Below are positions 36,048 to 45,773 of a stretch of DNA of 64,000 nt, one piece after another. Made by a program: the position numbers and the translations under genes. The notes under the pieces are model-generated. The model was not told the DNA's origin, made no database searches, and saw only the letters and a program-made list of their open reading frames with translations. Positions within the stretch are counted from its first letter, which is position 1. Every line of letters begins with the position of its first letter. The stretch is taken from contig DASSWB010000026.1 in assembly GCA_035705495.1 (NCBI GenBank), positions 13,206 to 77,205 on the forward strand, read 5' to 3'. The stretch is from Salinimicrobium sp. Its GTDB lineage: Bacteria; Bacteroidota; Bacteroidia; Flavobacteriales; Flavobacteriaceae.

Positions 36048-38051
36048 TTATTTATTTGCTTGAACCTTGTCTTGCAAAAGCTTAATTTCATCACGCAGTT
36101 TTGCTGCCGTCATAAAATCAAGTTCTTTCGCTGCGGACTCCATTGCTTTTCGTTTTTCTTTGATTTTCTTTTCCAGTTGAGGTATGTTGTAAAGTGCGGC
36201 TTCTTCCTCGGCCGCTTTTAAAATTGGGGCCATTTCTATCTCATAAGCTGTTTCTTGCTTTTTGTCGAAAGCACTTCCAATAGATTTTATTAAAGCTTGT
36301 GGTGAAATATTGTTTTTGGTATTGTACGCAATTTGTTTTTGACGTCGGTATTCCGTTTCATCAATGGTCATTTGCATACTATTGGTGATTTTATCGGCGT
36401 ACATAATTGCTTTTCCTTCCAAATGTCGCGCCGCCCTTCCAATCGTTTGGGTCAAAGATCTGTTACTTCTTAAAAAACCTTCTTTGTCGGCATCCAAAAT
36501 GGCAACCAAGGAAACTTCGGGCAAATCCAAACCTTCCCTTAGTAAATTTACACCGATCAACACATCAAAAATTCCCTTCCGCAGGTCCTGCATAATTTCC
36601 ACACGTTCCAAAGTATCTACGTCGCTGTGAATATATCGGCAGCGAATATTGATCCTTGCCAAATACTTTGTCAATTCTTCCGCCATTCGTTTTGTCAATG
36701 TGGTGACTAAAATCCGCTGATCTTTTTCAATTCTTAAATGGATTTCTTCTATTAGATCGTCGATTTGATTCTGACTTGGCCTGACTTCAATAATCGGATC
36801 CAATAACCCAGTAGGGCGAATGACTTGCTCCACATATAATCCTTCCGATTTTTGTAATTCATAATCGGCAGGAGTGGCGCTCACATAAATCACTTGATTT
36901 TGCAGCGCTTCAAATTCCTCAAATTTCAGCGGACGGTTATCCATAGCAGCTGGCAGTCTAAAACCGTATTCCACTAAAGTTTCCTTTCTTGATCTGTCGC
37001 CGCCGTACATTGCGTGAACCTGCGGAATTGTTACGTGACTTTCATCCACAACCATTAAAAAATCCCGCGGAAAATAATCCAATAAACAGAAAGGCCTGGT
37101 TCCTGGCAACCTTCCATCGAGATAACGCGAATAATTTTCTATCCCGGAACAATAACCCAATTCCCGAATCATTTCAAGATCGAAATTTGTGCGTTCTTCC
37201 AAACGTTTTGCTTCCAAATGTTTTCCGATTTCCTGAAAATAATCGACTTGTTTTACCAAATCATCTTGAATTTGATGAATGGCGCCCTGTAACACATCGG
37301 GAGAAGTCACGAACATATTCGCAGGATAAATATTCAGCTTTTCATATTTCTCAATAACTTGGTTGGTCTTGATGTCAAAGGCTTCAATTTCTTCGATTTC
37401 ATCACCAAAAAAATGAATTCGGAATGCGTCATCTGCATAACTTGGAAAAACATCCACGGTATCTCCTTTTATTCTGAAGTTTCCGTGGGAAAAATCCGCT
37501 TCAGTTCTGGAGTACAAACTCTGAACCAATCGGTGCAAGAATTTCGTACGTGAAATCACCATATCTTTTTCAATGGAAATCACGTTTTTCTGAAATTCCA
37601 CCGGATTACCGATGCCATAAAGGCAAGAAACCGAAGCGACCACAATAACATCCCTTCGACCCGAAAGCAGGGAAGAGGTGGTGCTCAATCTCAGTTTCTC
37701 GATTTCTTCATTAATTGATAAATCTTTTTCTATATAAGTTCCCGAAGTTGGAATAAATGCTTCCGGTTGGTAATAATCATAATAAGAAACAAAATACTCG
37801 ACTGCATTATCAGGAAAAAATTGTTTGAATTCTGAATATAATTGCGCAGCCAAGGTTTTGTTGTGCGCCAAAACCAGCGTTGGGCGTTGTACTTCTTGAA
37901 CAACATTGGCAATCGTAAACGTTTTTCCCGAACCTGTAACCCCTAAAAGTGTCTGGTATTTCTCATCACTGATGATGCCTTTAGACAGTTGTTCAATAGC
38001 TGCTGGCTGATCACCCGTGGGCGTGTAATCGGATTTAATTCGGAATTTCAT
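36048..38051 (-). CDS. uvrB: excinuclease ABC subunit B
   Basis: 667 aa. GVTGSGKT Walker A, DESH box and a C-terminal UVR motif (AAKLRDEIKLLQ). Confidence 0.95.
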   Translation of the reverse strand: MKFRIKSDYTPTGDQPAAIEQLSKGIISDEKYQTLLGVTGSGKTFTIANVVQEVQRPTLVLAHNKTLAAQLYSEFKQFFPDNAVEYFVSYYDYYQPEAFIPTSGTYIEKDLSINEEIEKLRLSTTSSLLSGRRDVIVVASVSCLYGIGNPVEFQKNVISIEKDMVISRTKFLHRLVQSLYSRTEADFSHGNFRIKGDTVDVFPSYADDAFRIHFFGDEIEEIEAFDIKTNQVIEKYEKLNIYPANMFVTSPDVLQGAIHQIQDDLVKQVDYFQEIGKHLEAKRLEERTNFDLEMIRELGYCSGIENYSRYLDGRLPGTRPFCLLDYFPRDFLMVVDESHVTIPQVHAMYGGDRSRKETLVEYGFRLPAAMDNRPLKFEEFEALQNQVIYVSATPADYELQKSEGLYVEQVIRPTGLLDPIIEVRPSQNQIDDLIEEIHLRIEKDQRILVTTLTKRMAEELTKYLARINIRCRYIHSDVDTLERVEIMQDLRKGIFDVLIGVNLLREGLDLPEVSLVAILDADKEGFLRSNRSLTQTIGRAARHLEGKAIMYADKITNSMQMTIDETEYRRQKQIAYNTKNNISPQALIKSIGSAFDKKQETAYEIEMAPILKAAEEEAALYNIPQLEKKIKEKRKAMESAAKELDFMTAAKLRDEIKLLQDKVQANK

Positions 38052-38089
38052 TGGGGTCTTTTTCTTTGGATTACAAAAATAAAGAAATA

Positions 38090-40462
38090 TTACCTGTTGA
38101 GGTAAACCCAGCCTGTAATTATATCATATCCAGGATCATTAAGATTCAGAACATAATAATAGGTTCCAGTTGGCAAATCGCCTGAAGACGAAAGTCCGGT
38201 GTTACAGGTTCCGTTCCATTCTTCGATTTTATTGTTTCCTTCATATATCTTATTTCCCAATCTCGTGAAAATGCTGATCTCAAAATTTTCGAAAATATCA
38301 TACAGGCCGCTGATTTCAAAAGTATCGTTCACGCCATCGGCATTTGGTGAAAATCCCTGCGGAACAAAAGGCGGACAGTTTTCCGTTTCTAAAAAAAAGC
38401 TGCCAATGTTGTAACATTCACCAAGTTCCTCATAACGGACAAAAATAGGCTGTGGCGTGGGCTGACTTAAATATGCTGAAGTTTCCAGAATTTCATTGAA
38501 ATCGGCAATAGCATCTTCATAAGAAGCAAAAAATGAAATTTCGGTTGAATTTGACTGATTTTGAACAAATTCTTGTGCTGTCAAATTGAAAGTGCCTATT
38601 TTTTCACCTTCGTTGCAAGTCAGCAGAGGCTCCAATTCAACCAACGGACCTAAATTTTTCATTTCATAAAAAACAAACGCCTCGTTATTATCCTCAAAAA
38701 TTTCATTTACGAGATTATCAGGATCCACGATCATATAAATTTCAATATCCCCGACCAGATTTTCAGGTAAACTGAAACTGGAACTGCTTTCCCAGCTTTC
38801 ATTCATTGGAATTTCCGTCGGTGTAAAAACAGATCCGATAATGATTCCATCTGCGAAAAAGAGTATTTCCGTTCCAGAAGCCAATGCCGCTGTACTTTCA
38901 TTGTTCGAAACCATAAAATCGATTTGTATTTCACGGTCGTAACATTCGCCTTGTATGTTACTGATTTCTGGACTTGCATCTGGAAAAGTACAAGAAATAC
39001 GCTCTAGATTAAAATCTCCAATCTTGTAACAAAATTCGTTTCCGTACCGAAGCCAAATCGTTTGTGGAGAAGACGGACTCGTATAATTTTCTGGATACGG
39101 AATTGGGTTCGTATTATTTTCGGCATCTTCTTGAGAAGTAAAAAACTGAACATTTGTTGCATCCGCTCCAGGAATCAATGCAATCTGCTGAGTTAGATTG
39201 AAAAGATCGTTATCAGTTTCCTCAAGGCAATTCTCCAAATCTGGAAAAATTGGGAGGTCCGGGAAATTTTCAAATTCCAAAAAAATGCTTGCGGCATTAT
39301 TGTCTTCGACGAATTCCGGAATTAAGTTTCCGGGATCGACTAAAATTTCAATATCATAATTGATTATCGAGGGATCTAAATTAAGCGTCATAGTGCCTTG
39401 CCAGCTTTCGTTAATATCAAGATCCTGCGGAATGCTGCCTGTTTCCACGAGTACAGAATTGGCAAGAATTTGAAATTCCGTTCCCGCAGGTAAAATTTCC
39501 GTGCTGTTGTTATTGCTAATTGTAAAATCGATTGTTACTTCCCCATTTCCGCAGTTTGCAATAACTTCATCCATAAGCACGCTTGCATCTGGCAACTGAC
39601 TGTTCAGTACGGTGATAATATTGTTTATGAGCACAACATCTTGTCCGCTGGTCAGTTGGATTTCTGCGGAAGTGTCTCCAATAGAAATGTTATTTTGAAT
39701 ATTATAGAAATCAATATCCATATTGAACAAGGTTCCACCGTTAAAACTGTTGGTCCCGTTGAAGGCATTATTTGACGGATTTAGCGGGGGATTCCCAATT
39801 AAATTCCCATTGATTCTCAGCGATTCATTCACCGCAATGGAAGCATCTCCTTCCCAAGCGATAAAACCTATTTTTGCGCCTTCATTATCCAGAACATTCA
39901 AATTATTCAGCTGAATATTCAATGAAGTGGGTACCGATTGTAATCCATCATAAACATTTAACTGATTGAGCGGAAGGTTTGGATCTTCAAATATTATCGC
40001 AATTGCCCATCCTGCGAAATTAGAACCGGTGGGACAGTAAGGAGCAATATCTTCAGAAATATCCAGTTCGGAAACTTCATAAATACCAGTTCCGGTTGCG
40101 GTAACTTGAGCGGTTACATCTGCGAAAGCCGCAAAATCCGTTAACCCGGAATTTATCACAACGCTAAAAGTTCTTTCTGCAGAAATTGGCGTACCATTAA
40201 GTTCAATATCGAAATCACCGGTGCCAGATCCAGCCCAATATAAATAAGCTGCAACCACGGTTTGGGTATCTTCAAGCACCAACGTAGCAGAAGAGGATGT
40301 GTTGATAACACACGGTGCGGTGGTGCCATTTTCCACTGTATTCATGCTATTCCCAATAGCGGTATAATCGTAACGCCCATTGAATTGCGTATACAATTCA
40401 ATATTCTGGGCAAAAGTTGAGCTGAAACCAAAAAATAAAAAAACCAGAAAGTATTTCCACAT
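38090..40462 (-). CDS. T9SS type-B sorting-domain (gliding-motility-associated C-terminal domain) secreted protein with an internal ~200-aa tandem duplication
   Basis: Signal peptide MWKYFLVFLFFGFSSTFAQ. C-terminus FSPNADGVNDTFEI...GTYYYVL...GWVYLNR. Residues ~290-490 and ~491-693 are clear repeats (PDAS...DF.VSNN.ST...VDP.NL..E..EDNN). Confidence 0.8.
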   Translation of the reverse strand: MWKYFLVFLFFGFSSTFAQNIELYTQFNGRYDYTAIGNSMNTVENGTTAPCVINTSSSATLVLEDTQTVVAAYLYWAGSGTGDFDIELNGTPISAERTFSVVINSGLTDFAAFADVTAQVTATGTGIYEVSELDISEDIAPYCPTGSNFAGWAIAIIFEDPNLPLNQLNVYDGLQSVPTSLNIQLNNLNVLDNEGAKIGFIAWEGDASIAVNESLRINGNLIGNPPLNPSNNAFNGTNSFNGGTLFNMDIDFYNIQNNISIGDTSAEIQLTSGQDVVLINNIITVLNSQLPDASVLMDEVIANCGNGEVTIDFTISNNNSTEILPAGTEFQILANSVLVETGSIPQDLDINESWQGTMTLNLDPSIINYDIEILVDPGNLIPEFVEDNNAASIFLEFENFPDLPIFPDLENCLEETDNDLFNLTQQIALIPGADATNVQFFTSQEDAENNTNPIPYPENYTSPSSPQTIWLRYGNEFCYKIGDFNLERISCTFPDASPEISNIQGECYDREIQIDFMVSNNESTAALASGTEILFFADGIIIGSVFTPTEIPMNESWESSSSFSLPENLVGDIEIYMIVDPDNLVNEIFEDNNEAFVFYEMKNLGPLVELEPLLTCNEGEKIGTFNLTAQEFVQNQSNSTEISFFASYEDAIADFNEILETSAYLSQPTPQPIFVRYEELGECYNIGSFFLETENCPPFVPQGFSPNADGVNDTFEISGLYDIFENFEISIFTRLGNKIYEGNNKIEEWNGTCNTGLSSSGDLPTGTYYYVLNLNDPGYDIITGWVYLNR

Positions 40463-40502
40463 TTTTTGAAAGATAGAAAACTAAAGATAGGAAAATTTTC
40501 CT

Positions 40503-43500
40503 TTAGCGTTTCAAAGAAAAATGCCCGCGATATTCCCTTCCATCTTCCAAAATCACACGATACCAATAATCGGTTACCGGCATTGGATGCCCGTTATAGC
40601 TTCCGTTCCATCCTTCGGAATTCGGGTTCAGTTGCTGCATTAGCTTACCATACCGATCAAAAATAAAAATTTGTGCATCTGCTTCGTGGGTTTCGTCCAC
40701 ACCTGTCACTTGCCAGTAATCGTTGTAGCCATCATTATTTGGCGTGAAAAATTTCGGGAAACCCACAACGCTGAAATTAGCAGGAGTGATTCCGCAGCCC
40801 AAAAGATCGCGAACGTAAACTGTATGTAAACCCGGACCAACATTTTCAAAATAATTTTCAGCTTGATAAGGTCCGTATATGTTGTCGAGCGAAAATTCGT
40901 AGTTGCCATTATTTTCCGAAGAAAGCAAAACCGAAACTGAATTATTGAATTCTATTCCTTCAATAATTATATCTTCTATAACTGCGGAATTGGACGGAAC
41001 GACTAGAATATTTCGTGTGTTCTCACAGCCCGAAGAAATATTTGTCACCGTCACAGCATAATTTCCGGGTTCATTAATTTCGATTTCTGCTGAAGTTTCT
41101 CCGTTTGTCCAAGAAAATGAGTAGGTTTCGGAATTCTGATTGATTCCAGCACTCAAAGTAATTGTATTGGGAAATTGGTCAAGACAATAAATCAATTCTT
41201 CATCTTCAGGCAAATTGGGAATCGTATTTACAATCAATTCGACTTCACTGATACCGAAACATTCCAAATCACCGCTTTCTACCCTTGCATAAATCATTTG
41301 TTCAAAAGGAACCGTATTTGAAAAATTATTGGAAAGTGGAGAAATTTCAAGCAGTGCGTTTTCTTCAGTTTCAAAATACTGAATCGTCAAATCGGCGGGT
41401 TGATCCAATAAAATTTGTTCGTTTGCATCGTTTAAATTAAACTGAAAAAATCCATCGGTATCATTGTCGCACGCAATTAATTGTGCGTCATTGGCTTCGG
41501 TCATATTCAGCGTCAACAATAATTCTGCAATTCGAAAACAGCCCGTTTCTGGATTTTTTACTTTTGCAAAAATCGTCTGCGGATTTGTTACGTTAGGAAA
41601 CGCCTCTGGATTTTCAATACCATTAATCCCGTTTTCTGCATTTGAAAAAGTCGTGAAATACGCAACTTCCACATTTTCCGCGTCATCAGTGATGTTTTCT
41701 TCGGCCAACAACAAATTGAACAAGGAGTTTGGACCAGCTTGATCGAGAAAACACTGTGTGAGCTCGGAATCAAATGCTTCTGGTAAAGGATTGATTAGAA
41801 TAGGGATTTCAAATATGTCGTAACACAGCGGATTGTTCAAATTTTTGAATCTGAAAAAAATCGATGTTTCATCGGGATCCAATGCATATTCAAATGGTAA
41901 ACTAATTGCATCGGTTTCATTTTCAGCATCAGCAAAAGAATGGTAAAAACTCTTTTCAAAAACAAAAGGATCGTCATTTTCCAAAATTGAATGTGCATAT
42001 TCCGAAAGATCAAAAACCACGGGAACACTATTCGGGTTTTCACAAACCACAATTGCGGAATCAACAGCAATTACCGGAGCTTCCGAAGCAAAGAGTGTGA
42101 AGGTTTTTAAAACAAAACAATTAGAGTTTCCCGAGTTTTCATAACGGACGAAAATTTCCTGCTCATCTGTGGTGATTTCATACAAATCTGGTAAGGCATC
42201 AATTCGCTGTTCGGCCGATTCTTCGGTTCCAAAAAATAGAATATTCAAAAAATTTTCATCCTCGTTCTCGAGTAGTTCCGTCCTTTTTTCTGATAAATCA
42301 TAAACGGCATTGCCTTCAGGATCGTCGTTGCAAACGGTCTCGTCTTCAGGATCTGTATTTATTTCCGGATTTGAAAAATACGTGATATCCGCCAATCCCA
42401 ATAACGGACAAGTACCGTCGTTTTTGTCAATTTCCAATTTGTAATTTTCGGAATAAGGCAATTCCACATTTTCCGGCTGACTTATCTCAAGTTGGAATGA
42501 AGTTTCATCTTCCAGTAATTCGTCGTTTTTATACCAAGTATAGGTGGCGCCTTCATATACATCGCCTTGTAAAGTGAATGTTTCTCCATCGCACAAGAAC
42601 AATTCTGTTTCGACCGATTCAGAGATATTCACAATATCTATATAAGTGGAAAAAAGCGATTGGATAAAAGGCGGAAGACCAATGGTAGAACTTCGATTTC
42701 CATCTACATCAACCAACATTTCAGTCTCGGTGTATTGCAAATCCGCACCTAAAACTTCAGGATTTTTTATGACGCCCAAATAATCATTTTGTGTGGAATT
42801 AAAAGAAAATAACGCACGATAGATTCTGCCATCAGGCGCCAATTGCAAAGCACCGGCATTATAAATGGTGTACAAATCCCCATTTTCATTGGGAATGATA
42901 TATTCTGAAGCTGCAATTTGATTTTCGGGGACGGTTAAATCGTATTGTACGATAAATCCGTCACCACTTCCATCATCACCTAAATTAATTGAAGCATATA
43001 ATCTGTTTCCTGACGAAGAAAATTCTATTCCGTAGGGAGAATCTCCATTGTACAGTTCATTTTCATTTGAAACAACACCAGTAGCATTATCAAAATCATA
43101 CAACAGGACTTTCCCCGGTCCGTTTCCACCTGTAACCGTTCCCAATCCCAAATGTGCGACTGCAAGTTGATCGCCCTGTGGAGAAACTTTCATATAACCC
43201 AAAGAATTCCGTCTGTAACCAGAAAGCGGAACTGTAACGCCAACAGTTGAGATTACAGGGGTTTCATTAATGCCGCTTTCACTAACTTCAAAAGCATAAA
43301 AAGAATCAATGAAGTGTGTTACAATCCAAAAGGAGGAACAGTTGTCGCTAATTACAGCGGTGATTTTTTCTGAACATTTATAAGCACTTTCTTCACTGTT
43401 GCTCGGATTATAAGTGATTAACGGTAAATTTTTTTGAGTTTGAATAACAGCACCCTTACCGTTGTTTAACGTCATATCCACCAAAGAATACATGAGTCCG

Positions 43501-43907
43501 TTGTTCTCACCATCACCATTGTTATTATTCGGATCTGAATCGACGTTGGAATGATGCGGTTCATCTACGGTAAAAACGTAGTAAATATTGGTAACTCCGG
43601 GTTTGGGAACAATTAAAGCTGAAGAAGTACTTGATTCATCACCTTTTAAATCCGTCCCATTAAGCATTACCTGATGGGTTTTATCATAAACAATGGAACC
43701 ATCGGTATAAAACAGCAAGTTTCCATTTGAGTCGGAAATAGTTGTGCAGCCTTCCAAAGTAGAAAGTTGTCCGTCTGTGAGGGCTGTTGGGGGAGTGGTG
43801 CTAAAATCCAGACCCGCATGATTTCCGAAGTACCAGTAATTGGCTTCACCTTGAGCCAAAATAACAGTACAATTAAGAAAAAAAAAGATGATAAGAAACT
43901 TCTTCAT
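40503..43907 (-). CDS. T9SS type-B sorting-domain secreted protein (large adhesin-like)
   Basis: C-terminus FTPNNDGYNDYWQV...DYWYRV...GHFSLKR. At least 4 copies of the F.T...A....N.I....Y......Q.I(F/Y).R(V/Y)....C module. I start it at ATG 43907 (MKKFLIIFFFLNCTVILAQ) rather than at the tracked 44030. Confidence 0.8.
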   Translation of the reverse strand: MKKFLIIFFFLNCTVILAQGEANYWYFGNHAGLDFSTTPPTALTDGQLSTLEGCTTISDSNGNLLFYTDGSIVYDKTHQVMLNGTDLKGDESSTSSALIVPKPGVTNIYYVFTVDEPHHSNVDSDPNNNNGDGENNGLMYSLVDMTLNNGKGAVIQTQKNLPLITYNPSNSEESAYKCSEKITAVISDNCSSFWIVTHFIDSFYAFEVSESGINETPVISTVGVTVPLSGYRRNSLGYMKVSPQGDQLAVAHLGLGTVTGGNGPGKVLLYDFDNATGVVSNENELYNGDSPYGIEFSSSGNRLYASINLGDDGSGDGFIVQYDLTVPENQIAASEYIIPNENGDLYTIYNAGALQLAPDGRIYRALFSFNSTQNDYLGVIKNPEVLGADLQYTETEMLVDVDGNRSSTIGLPPFIQSLFSTYIDIVNISESVETELFLCDGETFTLQGDVYEGATYTWYKNDELLEDETSFQLEISQPENVELPYSENYKLEIDKNDGTCPLLGLADITYFSNPEINTDPEDETVCNDDPEGNAVYDLSEKRTELLENEDENFLNILFFGTEESAEQRIDALPDLYEITTDEQEIFVRYENSGNSNCFVLKTFTLFASEAPVIAVDSAIVVCENPNSVPVVFDLSEYAHSILENDDPFVFEKSFYHSFADAENETDAISLPFEYALDPDETSIFFRFKNLNNPLCYDIFEIPILINPLPEAFDSELTQCFLDQAGPNSLFNLLLAEENITDDAENVEVAYFTTFSNAENGINGIENPEAFPNVTNPQTIFAKVKNPETGCFRIAELLLTLNMTEANDAQLIACDNDTDGFFQFNLNDANEQILLDQPADLTIQYFETEENALLEISPLSNNFSNTVPFEQMIYARVESGDLECFGISEVELIVNTIPNLPEDEELIYCLDQFPNTITLSAGINQNSETYSFSWTNGETSAEIEINEPGNYAVTVTNISSGCENTRNILVVPSNSAVIEDIIIEGIEFNNSVSVLLSSENNGNYEFSLDNIYGPYQAENYFENVGPGLHTVYVRDLLGCGITPANFSVVGFPKFFTPNNDGYNDYWQVTGVDETHEADAQIFIFDRYGKLMQQLNPNSEGWNGSYNGHPMPVTDYWYRVILEDGREYRGHFSLKR

Positions 43908-43945
43908 TGGGAATCTGTAGAGCCCCCCAAATATAAGTATAAAAA

Positions 43946-44782
43946 TTACAAATCTCTTTTCTTCAATAGCGCGTAAGACAGGTAAATAAAAAGAACGGTC
44001 CAGATAAGTACAATCAAAATCTGGTACCAATGAATACCGTAATCTTTTTCGAATTCAGACCCCAAAGTACTTGCTGCAGATTGAACTGCATTAAAACGTG
44101 TAAACGGTTCTTTGATCAAATTGCTCATTGCCGTTAGCGGAAAGAATTGCATAATACTTTCGGCTATATCCTGACCTTTAAAAACCACCCATTCGAGCAC
44201 GCCAAAAATAACGGCTTCTACCACCCACCAGAGGAAAAGAAAACCCAAAGAAAATGCTGAACGTTTAACAAGCATACTCAGAAAAAGACAGAAGGCAAAG
44301 AAACCTGGAAGTTTGACGAAGTAAGCCAACAAGTATTCCATATCGGAAAAAATGATGGAAACTTCATTGTAATCAGAAAAAATCAAACCGAGAATAAGGG
44401 AAAGCAAAAAAATGAAAACCGTCGAAAGTGCGGAAAGCAAGACAACAATCAGGAACTTGGACATGATGAATTCCTTTTTGCTCAATCCGTCAATAAGGTT
44501 TTGCTTCAAGGTGCGCTCGCTGTATTCATTTGCGATCATGGAAACAATTACAATCGCCAAGAAGATCTTTAATAGCGCGGCAATATAGGTGTTGAAATGC
44601 CAAATGAAAGGAAAATTGAAAATCCCTTGATCCGCAACCCTAAAATTAATTTGTCCAAAATTAAATTCGATCGAAGCAATGAGCGCAATAAATGTCAGGA
44701 GGATAAAATAGGTAATCGTCAAGACTTTTGTTGAACGACTGTATTTTAATTTATGGAGTTCTATATCGAGTAAACGTAGCAT
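43946..44782 (-). CDS. ABC-2 type transporter permease
   Basis: 278 aa with about 6 TM segments. Overlaps the stop of the upstream ATPase gene by 1 nt. Confidence 0.6.
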   Translation of the reverse strand: MLRLLDIELHKLKYSRSTKVLTITYFILLTFIALIASIEFNFGQINFRVADQGIFNFPFIWHFNTYIAALLKIFLAIVIVSMIANEYSERTLKQNLIDGLSKKEFIMSKFLIVVLLSALSTVFIFLLSLILGLIFSDYNEVSIIFSDMEYLLAYFVKLPGFFAFCLFLSMLVKRSAFSLGFLFLWWVVEAVIFGVLEWVVFKGQDIAESIMQFFPLTAMSNLIKEPFTRFNAVQSAASTLGSEFEKDYGIHWYQILIVLIWTVLFIYLSYALLKKRDL

Positions 44783-45714
44783 TAAGAAGAAATTTGATTG
44801 GTTAATTGTAAAAACTGCTCTTCAAGACTCTCTTTTCTCTTGATTAAGTAAGAAAGCGTAATTCCTTGTTCAAAAAGAAAGGCATTTAAAAAATGTGGTT
44901 CCATCGGTTCTTTTAAAAAAGCGGTAATCATGTCGTTTTTGGTATCGATATGGGAGAAAGAAGGATGTTTGGAAAGAATTTGAGCCAGCTTTTCGTTGTT
45001 CAAACTTTTCAGTTCAAAAAAACCGTGACTCGCATTCATCGTATCGACCCGACCGGAATATAATTTCTCCCCTTTGCGCAAAATAATGACGTGGGAACAG
45101 ACTTTCTCCACTTCATCAAGTAAATGTGAAGCCAGAAGAATGGTGGTTCCCATTGCGGCGATTTTTTTTATGATTTCCCGGATTTGATGTATTCCTTGCG
45201 GATCCAATCCATTTGTGGGTTCGTCCAAAATTAATATTTCAGGATTGTTCAATAGGGCAGAGGCAATGGCCAATCTCTGCTTCATTCCCAGGGAAAAAGT
45301 GCTGAATTTACTGTTTCTCCTGTCCAATAAACCTACCAGTTCCAATTTTTCATCAATTGCCGATGCATCAATTCCTTTAATTTTACAAACTAGCGCTAAA
45401 TTTTGCCCGGCAGTCATGTACGGATAAAAATTAGGTCGTTCGATGATGGCACCGACTTTTTTCAGGGCGGCATGTGTATTTTCGCTTCCGTCAAACCAGT
45501 GAAAATCACCACTTGTTTTATTCACCACATTTAAAACCATTCCCAAAGTGGTGGATTTTCCGCTTCCGTTAGGACCTAAAATTCCATAAACATTACCTTT
45601 TTCTATGACAAAAGATAAATTCTTCACTGCGGTTATCGGACCAAATTTTTTTGTTAGATTGTTTATTGTAAGAATTGTCTGCAAAATGAATGATTTTTTC
45701 CATAAGACTGCCAA
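44782..45714 (-). CDS. ABC transporter ATP-binding protein
   Basis: GPNGSGKST Walker A, LSLGMKQRL signature, ILILDEP Walker B. The tracked start is TTG 45714; TTG 45684 (MQTILTINNLTKKFG) is equally plausible. Confidence 0.85.
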   Translation of the reverse strand: MAVLWKKSFILQTILTINNLTKKFGPITAVKNLSFVIEKGNVYGILGPNGSGKSTTLGMVLNVVNKTSGDFHWFDGSENTHAALKKVGAIIERPNFYPYMTAGQNLALVCKIKGIDASAIDEKLELVGLLDRRNSKFSTFSLGMKQRLAIASALLNNPEILILDEPTNGLDPQGIHQIREIIKKIAAMGTTILLASHLLDEVEKVCSHVIILRKGEKLYSGRVDTMNASHGFFELKSLNNEKLAQILSKHPSFSHIDTKNDMITAFLKEPMEPHFLNAFLFEQGITLSYLIKRKESLEEQFLQLTNQISS

Positions 45715-45773
45715 GTTAACTTTTTGTTACATATCTTATTGGATTGAGGAATTATTTTAGAAATGGAAAAAAC

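Noticed and set aside
43878-43886. A9/T9 run inside the signal-peptide region of the T9SS cargo gene as a phase-variation switch. A similar A9 run lies at 20606..20614 in P4.
   Set aside because: Runs of this length encoding FFF or KKK are expected by chance in a genome this AT-rich, and there is no supporting evidence of variability.
40503-44030. Tracked 1175-aa version of the T9SS cargo protein starting at 44030.
   Set aside because: The first 41 codons overlap the upstream ABC permease gene and lack signal-peptide character. ATG 43907 yields a textbook signal peptide (MKKFLIIFFFLNCTVILAQ).
43946-45714. Calling the ABC ATPase/permease pair gldA/gldF because it neighbours T9SS cargo genes.
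   Set aside because: Only generic ABC and ABC-2 motifs are visible. There is no gldG-like partner, and the identity cannot be established without a search.
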